NCBI GenBank assembly: GCA_048013815.1
Contig: CM106586.1
Coordinates: forward strand, 2,728,001-2,792,000
DNA length: 64,000 bases
Direction of reading: 5' to 3'
DNA from: Setoptus koraiensis
Lineage: Eukaryota > Animalia > Arthropoda
Position numbers and translations under genes: made by a program
The notes under the pieces: generated by a model
The model's database searches: none
What the model was told of the DNA's origin: nothing
The model's input: only the letters and a program-made list of their open reading frames with translations
Shown here: piece after piece, positions 36,401-51,100 of the stretch
How positions within the stretch are numbered: the stretch's first letter is position 1
Layout of the letters: every line of letters starts with the position of its first letter

Positions 36401-39400
36401 TGCATTATCGTCGTCATCACGGTGTTTATTATCATAATATCATGTAAGCACATTATCACGCGTTAGCACATTATCATATTATCTTATTATCATATTATGA
36501 ATGCTAATCTAATCTCTATATCTGGCCCCATTTTTCATATAAATCCGTGAGCTGCGCGCTGTCGATCATCGCATGTCGGCCAGACATGGACGAGTTATCC
36601 ACTCGCACGAGGTCGCTCATAATCCGGCTTGCTGCGTGTCCGCGCCACTACAAACAGCAATTCCGGCAGCTCGCTCGACAGCCAGACAAACAAACCCGCT
36701 CGGGCCAGCTTATACCCGGCTACCCGGGGTACGCTAATGTGTTTGTGTGCACAATTCACTTATCCGCCGCTCGCTGTTTGCTGCTCTGCCGGCCAGCCAT
36801 TTGCTGCTCTGGCGGCTCGCTATTTGCCCGTGCCGGCAAGCCGTTCGGAATGCCGCTCGGAATGCCGCGTTCGGAAGGCCGCGCGGATCGCCGCCCCGAT
36901 CGAGCTCGATACGAATCGGAGCTCGATACGAACCGGCGCTCGATGCGAATCGCAGCCGGGGCCCGGCGATTCGAAATGGCACCGCTCGTTTGTTCTCGTT
37001 ATCGGCGCTTGTCTTGTGCTCTGAGCGCCGGGCGATCTTTGCGCCGCCGGCCCAGTGCCGACCCAGCGCCGGGCCAGCGCAAATCCCGGCCGCGCTCTGC
37101 TCGGCCCAGTGCTCTCTGATCCGGCCAGGGCTTAAATCACGGCGCAGCGATCGCATGAGCGACTCGCATCGCGCCAGCCGAGCCGCGCCAGCCGAAGGAG
37201 CCAGCCGAAGCGAGCCGCGCCTTGCGACACCCAAAGTAGCCAGCGACAGCCAGAAGCCCGAGGAGACGCGAGAAAATCGCACCTCGCTGCCGGGCGCCCC
37301 GATCGCGAATGGGGCCCCTCCGACTGCTCCGATCGCTCCGATGGCGACAGGCGCCTCAGACGGCGACGGGGCGCCGTGCATAAATCTATTATCAGTTTCT
37401 CGGGCGAGATCCATCAGCGACATGCACACTGGCAAACAATGGCCAGCCGTCGTCTGACAATAATAAACAACGACGACTGTTTATCTAACTGGTTTATCTG
37501 GCCCCCTAATGCAGTGCATGCTCATGCAAATGTTGCCAGCAGGGCCCGCTCTGACGCAACTCATTAGCGCTAGTTGATTGTTTCAGACAGACCATCATCA
37601 TCATGCCAACACCGGCGATGTTTGCATGTCGGCGTGCGTGTGCGCGTGCCCACCAACAAAAGGGCTCACCTGGCCGCCGAGCAAACAATGTTGGCGGGCG
37701 GGCAGGGGGGGGGGCGCCAATTGATTGATTGGCGAGACCGCATCAGCCCTCGGCTGCTAGCTGCTTGCCGGCCCCAAATGCAAATTAGCCAGCGCCAAGA
37801 AACAAACAATGGGGCCCGCCGAGATAAGAAACGAGGCGCCTCCTTATCCCCGGCTCGGCGCCTTGTTCGGCCGGGCACCCCATGCTCGGCACTGTTATCC
37901 GCTGCTGTATCCAGTGCTGCGTTCGGCAGGCTGTGACAGAATTGGAATTAGCCAGCCAGACAACGGTCACAACAAATGGGCTTGTCACAAACAACAGCGC
38001 CCAGGTGACGCAGCTCGTAATCGATTGGCGCTGTCGACAAATCGTGCCGTTGACACTCTGCTATTGCCGGCTAATTACTGAGCGCCGCCGTCCGCTGCGC
38101 CCCCGGCGGCCCGTCGACCCGCTAACCCGGCGGCCCTCTAGCCCGGCAGCCCAAGAACCCGTAAACCCGCTAACCCGGCCGCCCGCTAACCCGGCAGCCC
38201 GTCGATTCGGTAGCCCGACAGTGTGCCGACAGGTTCTTGCTCACACTACTGTGTGCCATTGCCAATTCCGACTCGCACTGTGCCCAGGCGGGCCTCGCAC
38301 TGCGCGCGGCTCTCTCGAGGAAAATACCTTCCGGTCGAGACTTGTGCCCGCTTCTCGGGCCGAAATCCCGCTTCTCGAGATCGGTTCTTTCGCATGCGAG
38401 CCGGAGGGCCAAAGGGGCCCAAAGCACCAGAGGCCAACCCCCAAACTCGTGCACGCCACGAGCGCACATTTATACAGGATGATTACATGCGCCCAAGCAT
38501 TATCATGCACGCGCGATAAGCCGGCCCGGCGATCGGGTCAGCGCGGCGCAACAATGTTTATTGAAATGCGCCCCCAGTTGTTTATATCTTTTTCAGTTGT
38601 TTCGGCCGTTTTGACTGTTTCGGCTGTTTCGGCTGTTGAGCTGCGCCCGAACGGGCGCCCGCCAAACTCAACAACAGAAATGGGGGCCAGGTGAATATAC
38701 GGCTGAACAGCGGCGAGTTGAGCATGGTGCTAATGGCGTGTTTCGTTGCGTCCATTAATATTTTATGGGCAGCCCGTCGAGCCCGTCGAGATTGTGAGCG
38801 CGGTGACTTTTTTGAATTTAGATGAGCCACCGTTGTTGCAGATTTGATTTGATATTATCATCACATTATCCGATATTGTGCAGCCAGCGGTCAGCTATCT
38901 ATTATGGCTCACAGTGCGCGTTTAAGCCCGACGGTGTAAGCTATTTAAGCTCGCCGAGCCAGCGCTACTACAATGGTCGGCAGGCCGCTCGGCCAGCTGC
39001 GGGCCGGCCGCTCGATGGCGCAAGCGGCTAATTCCGGCGCTTATGGCGCGAGCGGGCCGGATAATTCGGGCCATTCATATATACACAGTGTGTATATACA
39101 CAGTCCGTATGTGTACAGTTTGTATATAAACAGTTTGTATATAAACAGGCCATATATGTTTGCAGTGGGCCGGCGCAAATGATCTCTGGCCTGGCGCGCG
39201 GCGACCCCTCGCGGGGCCCACCTGTTCGTGTTGTGTTTGTGTTGCAAGTTCATCACCGAAGCCATCAACAAAATGAGGGCCAAAACAAAAATGGGGGCCA
39301 CAACAAAATGAGGGCCAGAACGAAAATGGGGGCCACACACACACGCACACACAACGATCCGATTGGAAGCACGTGACTCTGGTCTTATCATCATATTTTG

Positions 39401-42400
39401 ATACTCTCTCATTTTGCACAAAAGTCGAGACACGCACTTGCGACCGGCCCAAACTCGCGCCGGGCCCCAAACTCGCGCTGGGCCCCAAAACACGACAACT
39501 ATTACGGGCACGATGGTACGCGCATGTATACTGTTACACACACGCCAGTCGCCAGTTTGCGCAAGCGGCCCGATCGATCGGCGCGTTTTGGGGCGCGTTT
39601 TAGAGATTTCGCCAGCGAGCGCCGCCAATGGGGCTGTGAACTCTGGCAGTTTGTCTAGCAGGTTGTCTGGCAGCACCGGCAGCGCTGGCAAGCTGGCCAG
39701 ACGGTTCGGCTGACCGGGGCCCAAGTTTAAAGTTCGCGAGCACCCGCGTGCGGCCAGCGAGTCGGCCAACTGTAGAGTATCCACTGCAAGTGCCACTGGC
39801 CGGCCCGCCGCCGCACCAATCTAAGCTGGCCGACGACCCGCGGCAATCGCTAATGAAACACGAGCAATATGGCCCCTTGGCACGAAGGGGTCCCTTCGCT
39901 CAGCAAAACATAATCCGAGCGCCAGAGTATATCCACTCCAGCACTTTGCTCGTGCGAGCCCGTTAAGGGCCGCCAGCACACAGGTATTACATGTGTAACA
40001 CGTGTATATCATATATACAGCGTGTGCGTTGCGTAATATGGCCACACACGGCCATATATGGCGTAATGTGGCGATGCGTTGCGTAATACACCGATGTGTT
40101 GCGTAATACGCCGATGTATTGCGTAATACGCCGCTGTATGGCGTCATATGCGTGATATAACGGCGTTATGGCGGCCCCCTTATAGGCTACGGCACTGCAG
40201 CGGCTTTGGCAACAAACAGCGCGCCCCCTTATATCAACTGGCCCGTTGCGCAATCAACTCGCCCGTTACACAATCAACTGGCCGTCCGAGGCACCGCCAC
40301 CGCGAAATATGCGCGTTATGAGCGCTATGAGCGCTACGAGCGTTATGGCCCGCAACAACGTTATGGGCTAGTAATGCACGCTTATGGACTAGCGGACGGA
40401 GCTGGTAACTAGAGAGCGCCGGAGATAGCGAAACAACAATATTATTACCATCTCGCTTAGCGCATTATTAGCTGTAAAACTAATCAAATTTTAGCCGGCC
40501 CGGCCCGGCCAGCGCCGGCAAAACTGCCGCAACGGGCCGCAATCAGTGGGCGCATCCTTGGCGCGGGCCAGCCGGCGATCATCATCATCATCATGGTCGT
40601 AGGCGGCGGCGGCGGGCACGATGATTACCCGGTAAGGCAATATTGGGGCCCGCTAACTCAATTGCGCCATTTGCACGTCTACACACACACACACACACAC
40701 GCACGCTGGTCAAATTGTGGCAATTGTTCAGGTGACTTGGGCACCGTGCAGCGCTGACGGCAAACCGAGCGGCAAACGGCACAACAACAACGTCACAACT
40801 TTCAAGCGGTTGGTCGGGCCGCCGACGGGCCGCTAATAAAATATCGCCCGGTTTGCGCGGGCTCCAATCGAGCTGGCACAGCAGCACGGGGCCCCATCAG
40901 CTTGATATCGTTAAAACTGCGCTCGCTTGCCTGCAGCTTGGCGCGGATTGGCGCGGCATCTTGCGTGCCGCAGGTTGCAGGTTGCCGCATGGGGGGGGGG
41001 GCGCAGCTAACTAGTGTGTTTGCGTCCTGATGACAACTCGATAATGGGCCGGCCGCCGAGTCAACTGAATCGCCCTTTGGGTAATAACTGTTAACGGGCA
41101 CGAGCGGGCCGAATCGGGCAAAAGCGGACAAAATCGGGCCAAATCGAGTTACCGAGCGTTTGCTTTTTAGGCAAGTGGGGCCAGTTGGCGGTTGACAGCA
41201 GAATCGCAACTGGCGCCAGCACTTACGCGCGTCAGCCATTTAATGCTTGCTCTCGCTGGCGGGCAAGACGTTGGCGAGGCGCTGGCGAAGCGCGGGCAAG
41301 ACGCGCGCCCAGGTAACGACGGCACGAAATCAGTTGGGCCGAATCAGTCAATCGGGGCCCCGAGAGCGTGCTTATAATTGGGGCCAAACAAGTGTCAAAT
41401 AAATGGAGCATTAAAAACAAGTTGCTCGTGTGTGTGCGTGTGTGTGTTCGCGTGTGTGTGTGTGTGCGTACGTTGTGGCGGCAATTGGTTGCGCGCCAAT
41501 GAGTGCTCGCCGTGCAGTATGATTACTTTTCAGCTAGTTAGACACTATATTAATAAATGTTCGTAGGCAGCGGTGCGGTTGCCGTTGTTGCCGTTGTTGT
41601 AGTCGCTGTCGTTGTTGTCGCTGTCGTTGTTGTCGCTGTTGTCGCTGTTGCTGTTGCAAATGAATGTCGAATTGGCATAAATTGGGAGGATCCCTCGGCG
41701 GTGCCTGAGCGTGCCCCCCATCATGGGGGCCCCATGGGCCAATAGGCGGCAGCCGCAACTCATAATGCGGCATCAGGTGAACGTGCCATTGTCGTGCTCG
41801 TGGCACGCTAAACGCGGGCTTGCCACGAGCACTATGCATACTGCACGGCGCCTAATGTGCGTAGTACGCGACGGCAAGACGAGCCAGCCGAGCGCTGAAT
41901 ATTCACCGAATTCAGATCGACTAATAGCCCATTTTTTCGGATAACCGCATGGCTACATAGCGGATAAACGCGTAGTCGGATAAACGCGCAGCCGGATAAA
42001 CGCGTGGCTGGCTGGCGGGGCCCGCCAGCCAGTCAGTCACAATAACGACAGGTGAACATTATTGTGTCAGGCGGAGCAGCGTTTGCTTTTGACACACACA
42101 CACAAACAATGCACAATCCAAATGGGGCCAGCGCACTACAAAGTAATAAGTGCTGCTTATTGCCGCCGCTGCCATCTTGTTAATTTTCATTTAGGCCAGA
42201 TTCGCCAGCCCAAAGGGGCCCCACACCGTGCTCAAAGCGTGCCCAGATATGCTCAAACGGTGCCCAGATATGCTCGAGCCGTGCCCAGATATGCTTGAAT
42301 CGCTCACGCCGTGCTGACGCTCAAGCCGCGCTCAAGAGTGCAGGCGACCGTTAAATGTTGTGTGGCGAGCCGAGGCCCTCGCTCGCCAATTTCGTTTTGC

Positions 42401-45058
42401 ATGCAAATCAAAGGAACGTGCCCTTTGCTGCTCGACTGGCACGACCTGGCCGTCTGGCTGCCGGGCCGCCCCCGCCAACGAGCTGCCGCTGATTACTATT
42501 CCGGGCTGGTTGTTGCGAATCATTTTTATACCTATTAGTCGCTGCCACTGCGAGTGTGCCAGCCCCCATTGTTCGGGTGGCCGTGGCCGGCGCCCCACGA
42601 TCCCGCCGGCCGAACAAGCTCTAAAACAATGCCAGACCCGCGCAACCAGCACTATGCTAATCCAGCAGCCAGCCATGAATAATCTAGCCGGTTTGCTGGC
42701 GGGCTGGTTGCGGGCCCCGGCTCGCCACCGGGATCTCTGCTGGGCCGCATACCGCGCCTGCCAGAGCTGGGCTGTATTAACGACCGGCCGGCGGCCCGGC
42801 AGCCCGGCGACCCGGTATTTGTTCGTCCGTGCGCGGCTTAGCCGGATAGAGCGCAAGACAGAGGCGAACGGACGGGCCGACCGGGCGGCTCGGGGCCAAT
42901 CGGGCAAATTCCCGATCGCTGGCCCGCCTCATCATTAATCGGTCGCGGCGATTCCGCCATTTCATGCCGGGTTATTTTGTAGCGAGCGGGATCGGCAGGG
43001 CATCATTTCGCATCAATTCGCATCCTTTCGCATCACTCTGCATCATTTTGCATCATCATTTTGATATATGTATATGCGCGTGCTTGTTGTTGCCGTTGTT
43101 GTTGTTGTCGTTGTTGTTGCTGTCGTTGTTTCTGTTGTTGCCGTTCGCGTGCTCGTGCTCGTGGCAAACTAATCGCGGCTGTGCCCGGATCGCCAATATC
43201 GCATTTCGGCTCTCTGTGCCGAGCGTTTGTGCGAGCTTTTTAGCGGGGCCACCGTGAGGGCCCCAGCAAAAAGAGTTTGCGCCGGCAACAGCAACGAACA
43301 AACCATTAATCACCGCACCTTTGTTGTCGCTGCTACCAGAGACACGCTACACTCGCCACCGCCATAACAACCGCCATCGACACCGCCGGTCGGCCGGGCC
43401 GGCCAGCCGATCGGATCACTGGCTTGGCGCATTGCGTAATATTTATCAGTGGCGGTGCAAACAGCCGATAACAACGACGGCGGCAGCAACAGCAACAACG
43501 ACAACAGCAACAGCAACAACAAACTCGACTGGTTACCGGTGGCAGAATTATTGTTGTTGTTGTTATTACTATCATTGGGGCCCGAGGCGGGATGTATTGA
43601 TGGTTGGTCGGCTGTGCGCCGTTGTTGTTGAGTTGTTTCTATCGGATAGTTGGAACAACGGCCGCAACAACAACGCCAACAACAACAAAGGCTCAAATTG
43701 CTTTCGCTGGCGGCCAGCGTGTGTGTGCCAGATAATAATAATGGCGGCGCCAGAATGGGCAGCTCATATCTGCAGCTAATATCGTCTCGTAACATATCTC
43801 AACTGCTCATGAAACATGGCCATTGAGCTGTGAACGTCGCTCTCACAGCGCGCCCACACGCCAGTTCGGCCAAATTAGCATAAAACTAGAATTAGAGTTG
43901 GCCCCACCTGATGTTGGGTCAAGCCGCTCGGCTCAAGCGCTGGCCCGGCGACGGCCCGACGCAGCCCGACATGTCGCTTCCTACTGCCGTCAACAAACTT
44001 GTGTCCCGGGCTGCAAACGTCCGGCGAGTGCCCGCAGCCGCCACCGGTCCGCTCACGTCTCGCGCTGGTCCGCTCCGCTCCGGTACGGTCGCGTCTCGCT
44101 CGCCTGGCTCGCCCGAAGCTTGGCCAGCGATTTTCGGCGAGCCGATCGCCAAGCGGGCCCCCTGAACTGGCCAGAAAACGCCCCCAGCTCAGCTCACGGA
44201 GCGCGCTCGGTGAGCTGGGGGCGTTCGATCGGTCGGCGGCCGCTCAAAAATTATCTCGTCGCTCGACTATCATTATTGTAATGCGTACGTATGTGCGCGC
44301 CCCCGGCTGCCCTCGCTGGCCCCCCAACTGGCCCCCTGGCTGGCCCCTTCGACCGACCGGCCGCGTGTTGTTGTGTGCGGGCGACCATTTAACAACTGCT
44401 CATAATGATGATTACATAATGTGTACACACACACACACACACAACAGGGGCCAAACAAGGGGCCCGAGCACGGGCATAACGGCCAAAAATAACGGTGAAA
44501 ATAAAAATACATGTGCCCTTGCCGGCCGACCCCGACTGGCAGACAAACCGCTGCCAACTACTTGCTAAATATAACTGGCCAACTGCAACTGGCCAGACAC
44601 TGTGGCGAGCTGAAAATATATAAATATCCGAGCGGCCATTTGGTCGGATATTTATACACGTCGGTTGTTCGCTTGGCGTCGCTTGCACGCAGCCAGCGAG
44701 CGATTATAAAAGATATTTCGCTGGTAATTAAACTGCAACTGCAGGCAACAATCGCTGGTCTGGCAACAGTCTGGCCAGCGTTGTTGCGAAAAGACGCCGA
44801 GAAGACGCAAAAAAGAATGTTGTTGCAATACGAATATTATCAAAGAATGAAAAGAATTAAAGAAAAAACCAAACAAAGCAACATCGTGTAAGTGATGGCT
44901 CGATGTGCAGCAAATTACAAATGATGATGTTGTCTGCAAATTAGCTATTAAATCGCCTGCTCATTGGCTCCATCTGGCCAACAACAATTGTAATGCACAT
45001 ATATGCAACTTTCGGCCTCTGTCACACACCACGCGTCGTGCAAATATCCTCACGAATA

Positions 45059-45136
45059 TCCCCACTAACATCCCCACTAACATCCCCACTAACATCCCCA
45101 CTAACATCAGCCCCCACTCTAATATCCTGTACTAAC
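45059..45136 (+). promoter_or_regulatory. Tandem CCCCACTAACAT x4 plus TACTAAC branch point upstream of a 3' splice site
   Basis: 12-bp unit containing ACTAAC repeated four times, then TACTAAC at 45130-45136, a pyrimidine tract and CAG at 45182-45184. Confidence 0.65.
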
Positions 45137-45184
45137 GACATGCAAAACATTTGTTCTCTGTTTGCGCCTGTCCCTACCGGGCAG

Positions 45185-48100
45185 CCCTCGTCCATGACGG
45201 TGGCGCCACCTCGACCGGGCCCCGCAACAACTGGCTCGATTTGGGGCCCGAGCAGCAGCGCGAGCCGCGCCAGCGACCGCCTGCATCGAGCAACGTCAAT
45301 GTGTATAGGAACTTCGAGAGGATAGTATCAATCGGTAGCAATATCTCTATAAATTGTCCACATTTAGAAGATAATAACGGTGACACAACAACGGCCTATT
45401 TGGCATCGGCGGCACAAGCGCCGGCGACATCGGAGCCGTTTGTTGGCAACAACAATTACAACAACCATGGCGACAATTATTGCACCATGATCTGGTTCAA
45501 GAATCACATTCCGCTGGCCAGCACAAACTTGTGTGCCACCAACAACAATAATGGTCCGCTGCCACTTAGTAGATTGGCAACGACTACAACAACAACTGTC
45601 CAATCGCAACAGGAAGTGGCCATGGCTCGGCCTAATGATTCTCGGGCAAAATCGCGCCGGCAAAAAAATAGAAACAACGATTTTGGCAAGTGGATGCCGC
45701 ACGAAAACGATGATTCAAATGAGTTGAAAACCAATGGCGCTGACGCCGCCAGACTGCGCTTGACGCCAAAGGGCGAGCTACAAATCAATCAAGTGAACTG
45801 GCTAGATAGGGGCCAGTACAGTTGCTTGTATCGATCGCGCCAAAGTGATATAATTTTGTCGTTAGTGGCAGCAGCAGCGACGGAACTAGCCGGCGCTAAT
45901 GCGACTGATCACAACTATGACAACAACGACAAAATGGATTATGACGATAGTGGCTCCACTGAGGCGCCAACAGTGAGAAGAAGGGGCCGCCATTTAGCGG
46001 CAGTGGCCAGCGGCGCCATTAACAGCAGCAGCAGCAGCATTAATAGGGGATGGGCGATATTTGATTCCGATGATCAGCGGCCAGCGTTGGTGTCTGATTT
46101 GAGCCACAGTGGCGCCACCAATGAGGCGCACGAGCAAAATGTGTCGTCTGTCATCGGGGGCGACACCGACAGTGACAACAATGAAAAACAATTGAGTTTA
46201 AATGAGGAGCCCAGCGACGACCAGTCCACTGTGCGCCAAACACAAACATCGGATAATTTAATCGTGACACTACGACGAAACAACAACAGCAACACTGACG
46301 ACAACGGTTCCTCGTCTGGAAGGGGGCGCCAGTGGCCAATTAGGGCCACTGGCGGCCATGCCAAATTCGCGAACACTAATAGACGAGAGATTGGCGTGAT
46401 ATCGAGTGTGCAGCCAGAGACGAGCGACTATAACCTGGACGAGTATAGCGAAACGGCAGAGGAATCGGCGGATTATAACGACGACAGCGACGACGACGGC
46501 GACGGCGACGAGCAGCACAATGGCCTCAATTATGAGCAGGCACAGTTGAGCAACGTGACGAGAACAAATTCCACCGGAAGTGGGCCCAACAAATTACAGT
46601 TGCCAAGCCAGTCGGGCGAGCGGCAGCAGCGACGACCGACAACAAGTGCGAGTGCTGATGGCGCACAGTGGGCGCCGGGTGTCGCTTTTGACAACAACAG
46701 CAGCACCAACAACGATGATAATTTGGGGCCACAATTTAGAGAGGCAACCAAAACAACGGTCAGCGGAACAGATTTTGTGCCCGACGACGCGCCGCTGACC
46801 GTCGACGCCGACCGTCGACCGGCCACGCGGGTCCCACAGCCCGACGGCCGACAACGTGACGACGTGACACAAATAGCGGATGGATTTACAAATGGGCCCG
46901 TCGCGCCAGCGCCAACCGGACCGGAGTACAAGTGGCTGCACGACAGAGCTGGAGCAGAGCCCCAAAACGGGGGGGCTCCAAATTGGGGCGCTGCTGATTT
47001 TGTGTCGCTGTTCGTGCAACCTGCAACAGCAACAAACTCCGCTGCTCAACAAGCAGCCGGGGGCCCGCCGCAAGGTGGCACAGCAATGATTGCGCAAGCG
47101 AGCAACAACAAGCGCGACGACAGTCACAATTATCACAATTATCTCAATAATCTCAATAATTACAATGATTACGGCTCGCCAATGGCGCACTGTCCGGCTC
47201 GTCGGGACACCGCAACTAGTCACATCGCGCTGGAATTGGTGCAACTTTTAGATGGCGACATAACGCAAATACCTGGCTACATTTACACCACTGTGGAGCT
47301 CAATTGTCCGCTGCGGCTGTTCGCTTGGCCAGAGTGGATCGAGTCCAGCTCGGGCCGGGTTGTTTGGCTGAAGAACGGCCAGCAACTGGACGAGGCCGCT
47401 ATGCCGCACAATGTGCGAATAGTGCATCAACATCACTGGAACAGCCAGCTCAAAACTAACATTTTGTCATCCAGTTCACTATATCTAGACGGCCTAGACG
47501 ATTTCAGTGGGGCCAACTATACATGCCAATTGCGCATGCGATGCGCCCCTCGCCATCCCACAACCATGGGGGCGCCTGGTGGCCGAACAAGCAAACAGCA
47601 GCAGCAGCAGCGCCGATCCAATAATAATAATGATGATGACGACAATAATGAAGTTGTAGCTCTGTCATTACGGCCACACCACGAGCAGCAGCAGCAGCAA
47701 AGTAACAACGACAGCAACAACAACAGTCACCGTTTTGCAGCCAATAACAATGATGCTCGTTTATTACGTAATGATATTATTATAAGCGCCCAGCCGACGG
47801 GGGCCACTCTAGAGCCGTCGCGGTCCGCTAGAGGCCGGCAACTCGCTGAGGATGGCACAGGAACAGCGACAGGCGCATCTGCGCCAACGACAACGACAAA
47901 ACTCGTGTCGCAGTCGTTTTTGGTGTCGTTAATCAAGAGGCCAGGTAAGTGGATGGGGCTCGCAGGGCGCCCCTGAGAGGAGCCACTAATTTTTACGAAT
48001 GATTTTTCTTTTTAGTGGCTTTACGGGCCCGGCGAGCGCGTCGCCGGGCCGGGCCGGCCGCATCGCGCCGTTCGTGGCACCAATGTTAATCTGCTGGGGC

Positions 48101-51100
48101 CACTTTGGGCTTTCTTGTCGCCTGTCGCTGTTTTGTCCGTTTGTTGTTGTCGTTGTCGCGTTGTTGCTGGTCGCGACATCGCGACAAGCGCCAAATGGAC
48201 AAGCTGCAATCATTTTCCGGCTGCCCGTTGTAGATGTTGTTGTTGCCCGTTGTTGCCTTTTGTCGTCACAGCACCAACAACGACAGCGACAACAACAACA
48301 ACAGCGGCAACAACAGCGGCAACAACGACAAACTGCGGCCCGGCGAGTAATGACCGATTCCGGCAATTTATATATAGCGGGCATGTCGAGCGGGCCGACT
48401 ACATATAAATTACGGATCGGCCACTTGGCCCGAAGTGGCCATCGAAGAGCGACCAGAGAGCGCTGTAAAAGTTGTGCCGAGCCCATCTCTGGCCACCCTG
48501 TTCGCTTTGGTGTTCGGTTCGGGGGCCCCAGGTGATGCAGCGACCAGCGCGACAAAGTGGCCAGCTCACAATGACCGGCCGCTGGTCAGCGCTCTAATTG
48601 AGGTACGGGCACAGCGGAGAGCGGGCCGCCAGTTTTTGCTATGACAGTTGCAATTGGGGCGCTAACAATATTTTGCTGCTGCTTGTGTGCTTGTTTGTGT
48701 CTGGCCCATTCATCAACTCACTGGCACAGCGACACTGCGATTGGCACCAGTCCACGAATGACAGACAGACCGGGGCCCCGCCAGAGAGCCATTCATGACT
48801 AATTCATTGACAGGGGGGCCCCGTTGGTGACACAAGCCAGCGCGCATGAGATATTTGAATATGCACGCAGTACTTGCGGGCGGCTTTCAGTTCATTTGGG
48901 GCCGATTGAATTGAGCGAACGGCAGATCATCATTCGGACGCGCAGTCATAAACAGACCCCCGGCACTCGCTGGCGTTTATTTGGCCCCCGTTATGGCCGA
49001 TGTACCCACTGCGGATACGCAATCTATCATCTCTGGTGCGCTCGTCGGGCAAAATGTGCGGGCAAAATAGGCACCGCGCGCCAGACAGACGGGCAACCCG
49101 CTGACTGACGGTGTCAAACATCGATTGGCAAAATGGTGATTAGCTGTGACACAGTGCTTATGAAGATGAACGGATATGACGAGCGGTCCATCGATTCACT
49201 TGCGGCGCCGGCCCGTCGAATTAGATTTGTGTCACAATTTTGTCGAGCGAGTGTCGACACTGTTTGCGGGCCCCGCGCAGCGGGCACAGCCGCTGCCCGG
49301 GCCGCGCCGAGCCGGTAACAATTTGCGCCGCCCTCCAGCTGGCCGGCCTGTCTATCCGTGTGCCTTTATCTGGGATTATCTTGCTTATTTAATTTCATTT
49401 CATCGCGTAATCTCGCTCATCGACTGTCAGCTATGACCGGCGCGCATGATTAGGGCGAGACACGCCCGGTTTGCGCGGTCGCCCCATTTGCGACTGACCT
49501 AGGTGAGCCGCACGAGCTGCGTGAGCCGCACGAGCCGCACGAGCTAGACGAATGGCGGCCCGAACGAGCCGCATTTCGTGTTTGTATCGACACACAAACA
49601 GATAAAGTTATACGGATACGGGGGCGACAAGTGACAAGTGGCGTTGGCCAACTGACACGCAGACCGAGCCGCCGAGCCGGGCAACACTCCATCAATATAT
49701 ACGCGCGGCAACGGGACATGTGAGGGTCAGTTTATTTGCAGCGAGCGGTCACTTTGGCGTCGGGGGCCATCAAACAAAATTGGGCCCGTCATACTGGGTA
49801 CCCATAATCAGGTGTCAATATGATGTGGGCCCGGCTCGGCGATGTCGCGAGGGATATATTAGCCGCATCGGACGATGACTGACGCGCCGGCGGCCATCGG
49901 GTGGCGCGACAGAGGGGCCCGTTGCGGGCGAGGGATCTCATTTGCGGCCGAGCGCTCGATGGCGTGTCTGGAATTCCGTCGTCCGCATGTCGACAATTTG
50001 TCGCCGGCCGAAAATTTTGAGCGGCTTTCAGCGCTCACTCGCAGCGCCGCAACACCGCGAAATACCGCACAACACCGCACAACACCGCACAACACCGCGC
50101 AACACCGCGCAATACCGCGCAATACCGCATATTGTTGTCGCCGGCGCGACGGGCCAACAGCCGATCGGGCCGACAGCCGGCCGATCGGGTCGATAAGTAG
50201 GTCGAACAAATGAATGGTAATAAACGGTCATCGCCGGTCACCGAGGATCGGTCCAGCCCCCTCTTTGGTGCACGCGAGCTTGCGGTCGGTCGCACAGTAA
50301 AGTGCCCGGCCGGCGTGTGACACAGTTAGCTGATTGTTGCGCAACCGGACTGCGGGCCCGTCGCTCATCAATTCTAGCCATTTTATCCGGCCCTTTCGTG
50401 CGGCTAGATCGGCGACACGGACGGCTCGGTACTGTGGCCGACTGGCCGAACGGCGTACGGGCGGCGCTCACCTGAGCCCGCTACGTGCCAGCGTCGGCCC
50501 GTGAGCGGTCCCGACGGGAAGCCACGGACAAAATGGCCGATCGAGTGGCATTCGGATGGGGCAGCAACAAAGTGAAAAGTCACCGGCTGGCCGGTGTTAT
50601 TTGGTGGTTGTCTGGCAGCACAAAGCGCCACGAATAGGCACAAATAGGCATCTCGGGGCATTGCGTAATCATGTGACATGATTTCGGTGGTGGCAGCCGG
50701 ACATGGGCGCACAAATATGCACTTGAGTTTGCACAGAATGCAGCGGCGGTGGCGGCACGAGCTCGATCTCGTGCATAGTAATTTGATTTTTCGTAATGTC
50801 ATGCCGGTGGGCGCCGTTGTCGATTTTCTGGCTGGCTTGTTGACGTGCCGCCGGTGGGCCAACGGACGCTGTCATGTCATGTTGCGGTCTCAAGTTCGCC
50901 GGCGGGCCAAAACGGGCCCCAACAGCGCCAAAACGAGCCTAAACGGCGGGCCAAGATAAGCCGAAGTAAGCCGCGACGGGCTGATACGCGCCGGGCATCA
51001 CAGATTGGCAGATTGCACGATTTTTGAAGTGGTTACTTGATCCGCTCTCGCTCTGGCGCACCAGCAAACATCTACATAAGTGTGCACGTATTGGAACGCG

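Noticed and set aside
38155-38180. AACCCGTAAA resembling the miR-100 5' end
   Set aside because: Match ends after 10 nt and no precursor hairpin is evident.
44511-44891. ORF ending at a strong GTAAGT donor (44888) as the upstream exon of the Ig gene
   Set aside because: Its long open frame gives a phase-2 junction, incompatible with the phase-1 acceptor at 45185; the phase-1 frame has a stop at 44848 and there is no signal peptide. May be a noncoding or alternative exon.
33400-45000. Numerous 60-270 aa ORFs on both strands
   Set aside because: Ala/Arg/Pro/Gly-rich or microsatellite-derived, overlapping in several frames, with no domain motifs; expected in GC-rich DNA with few stops.
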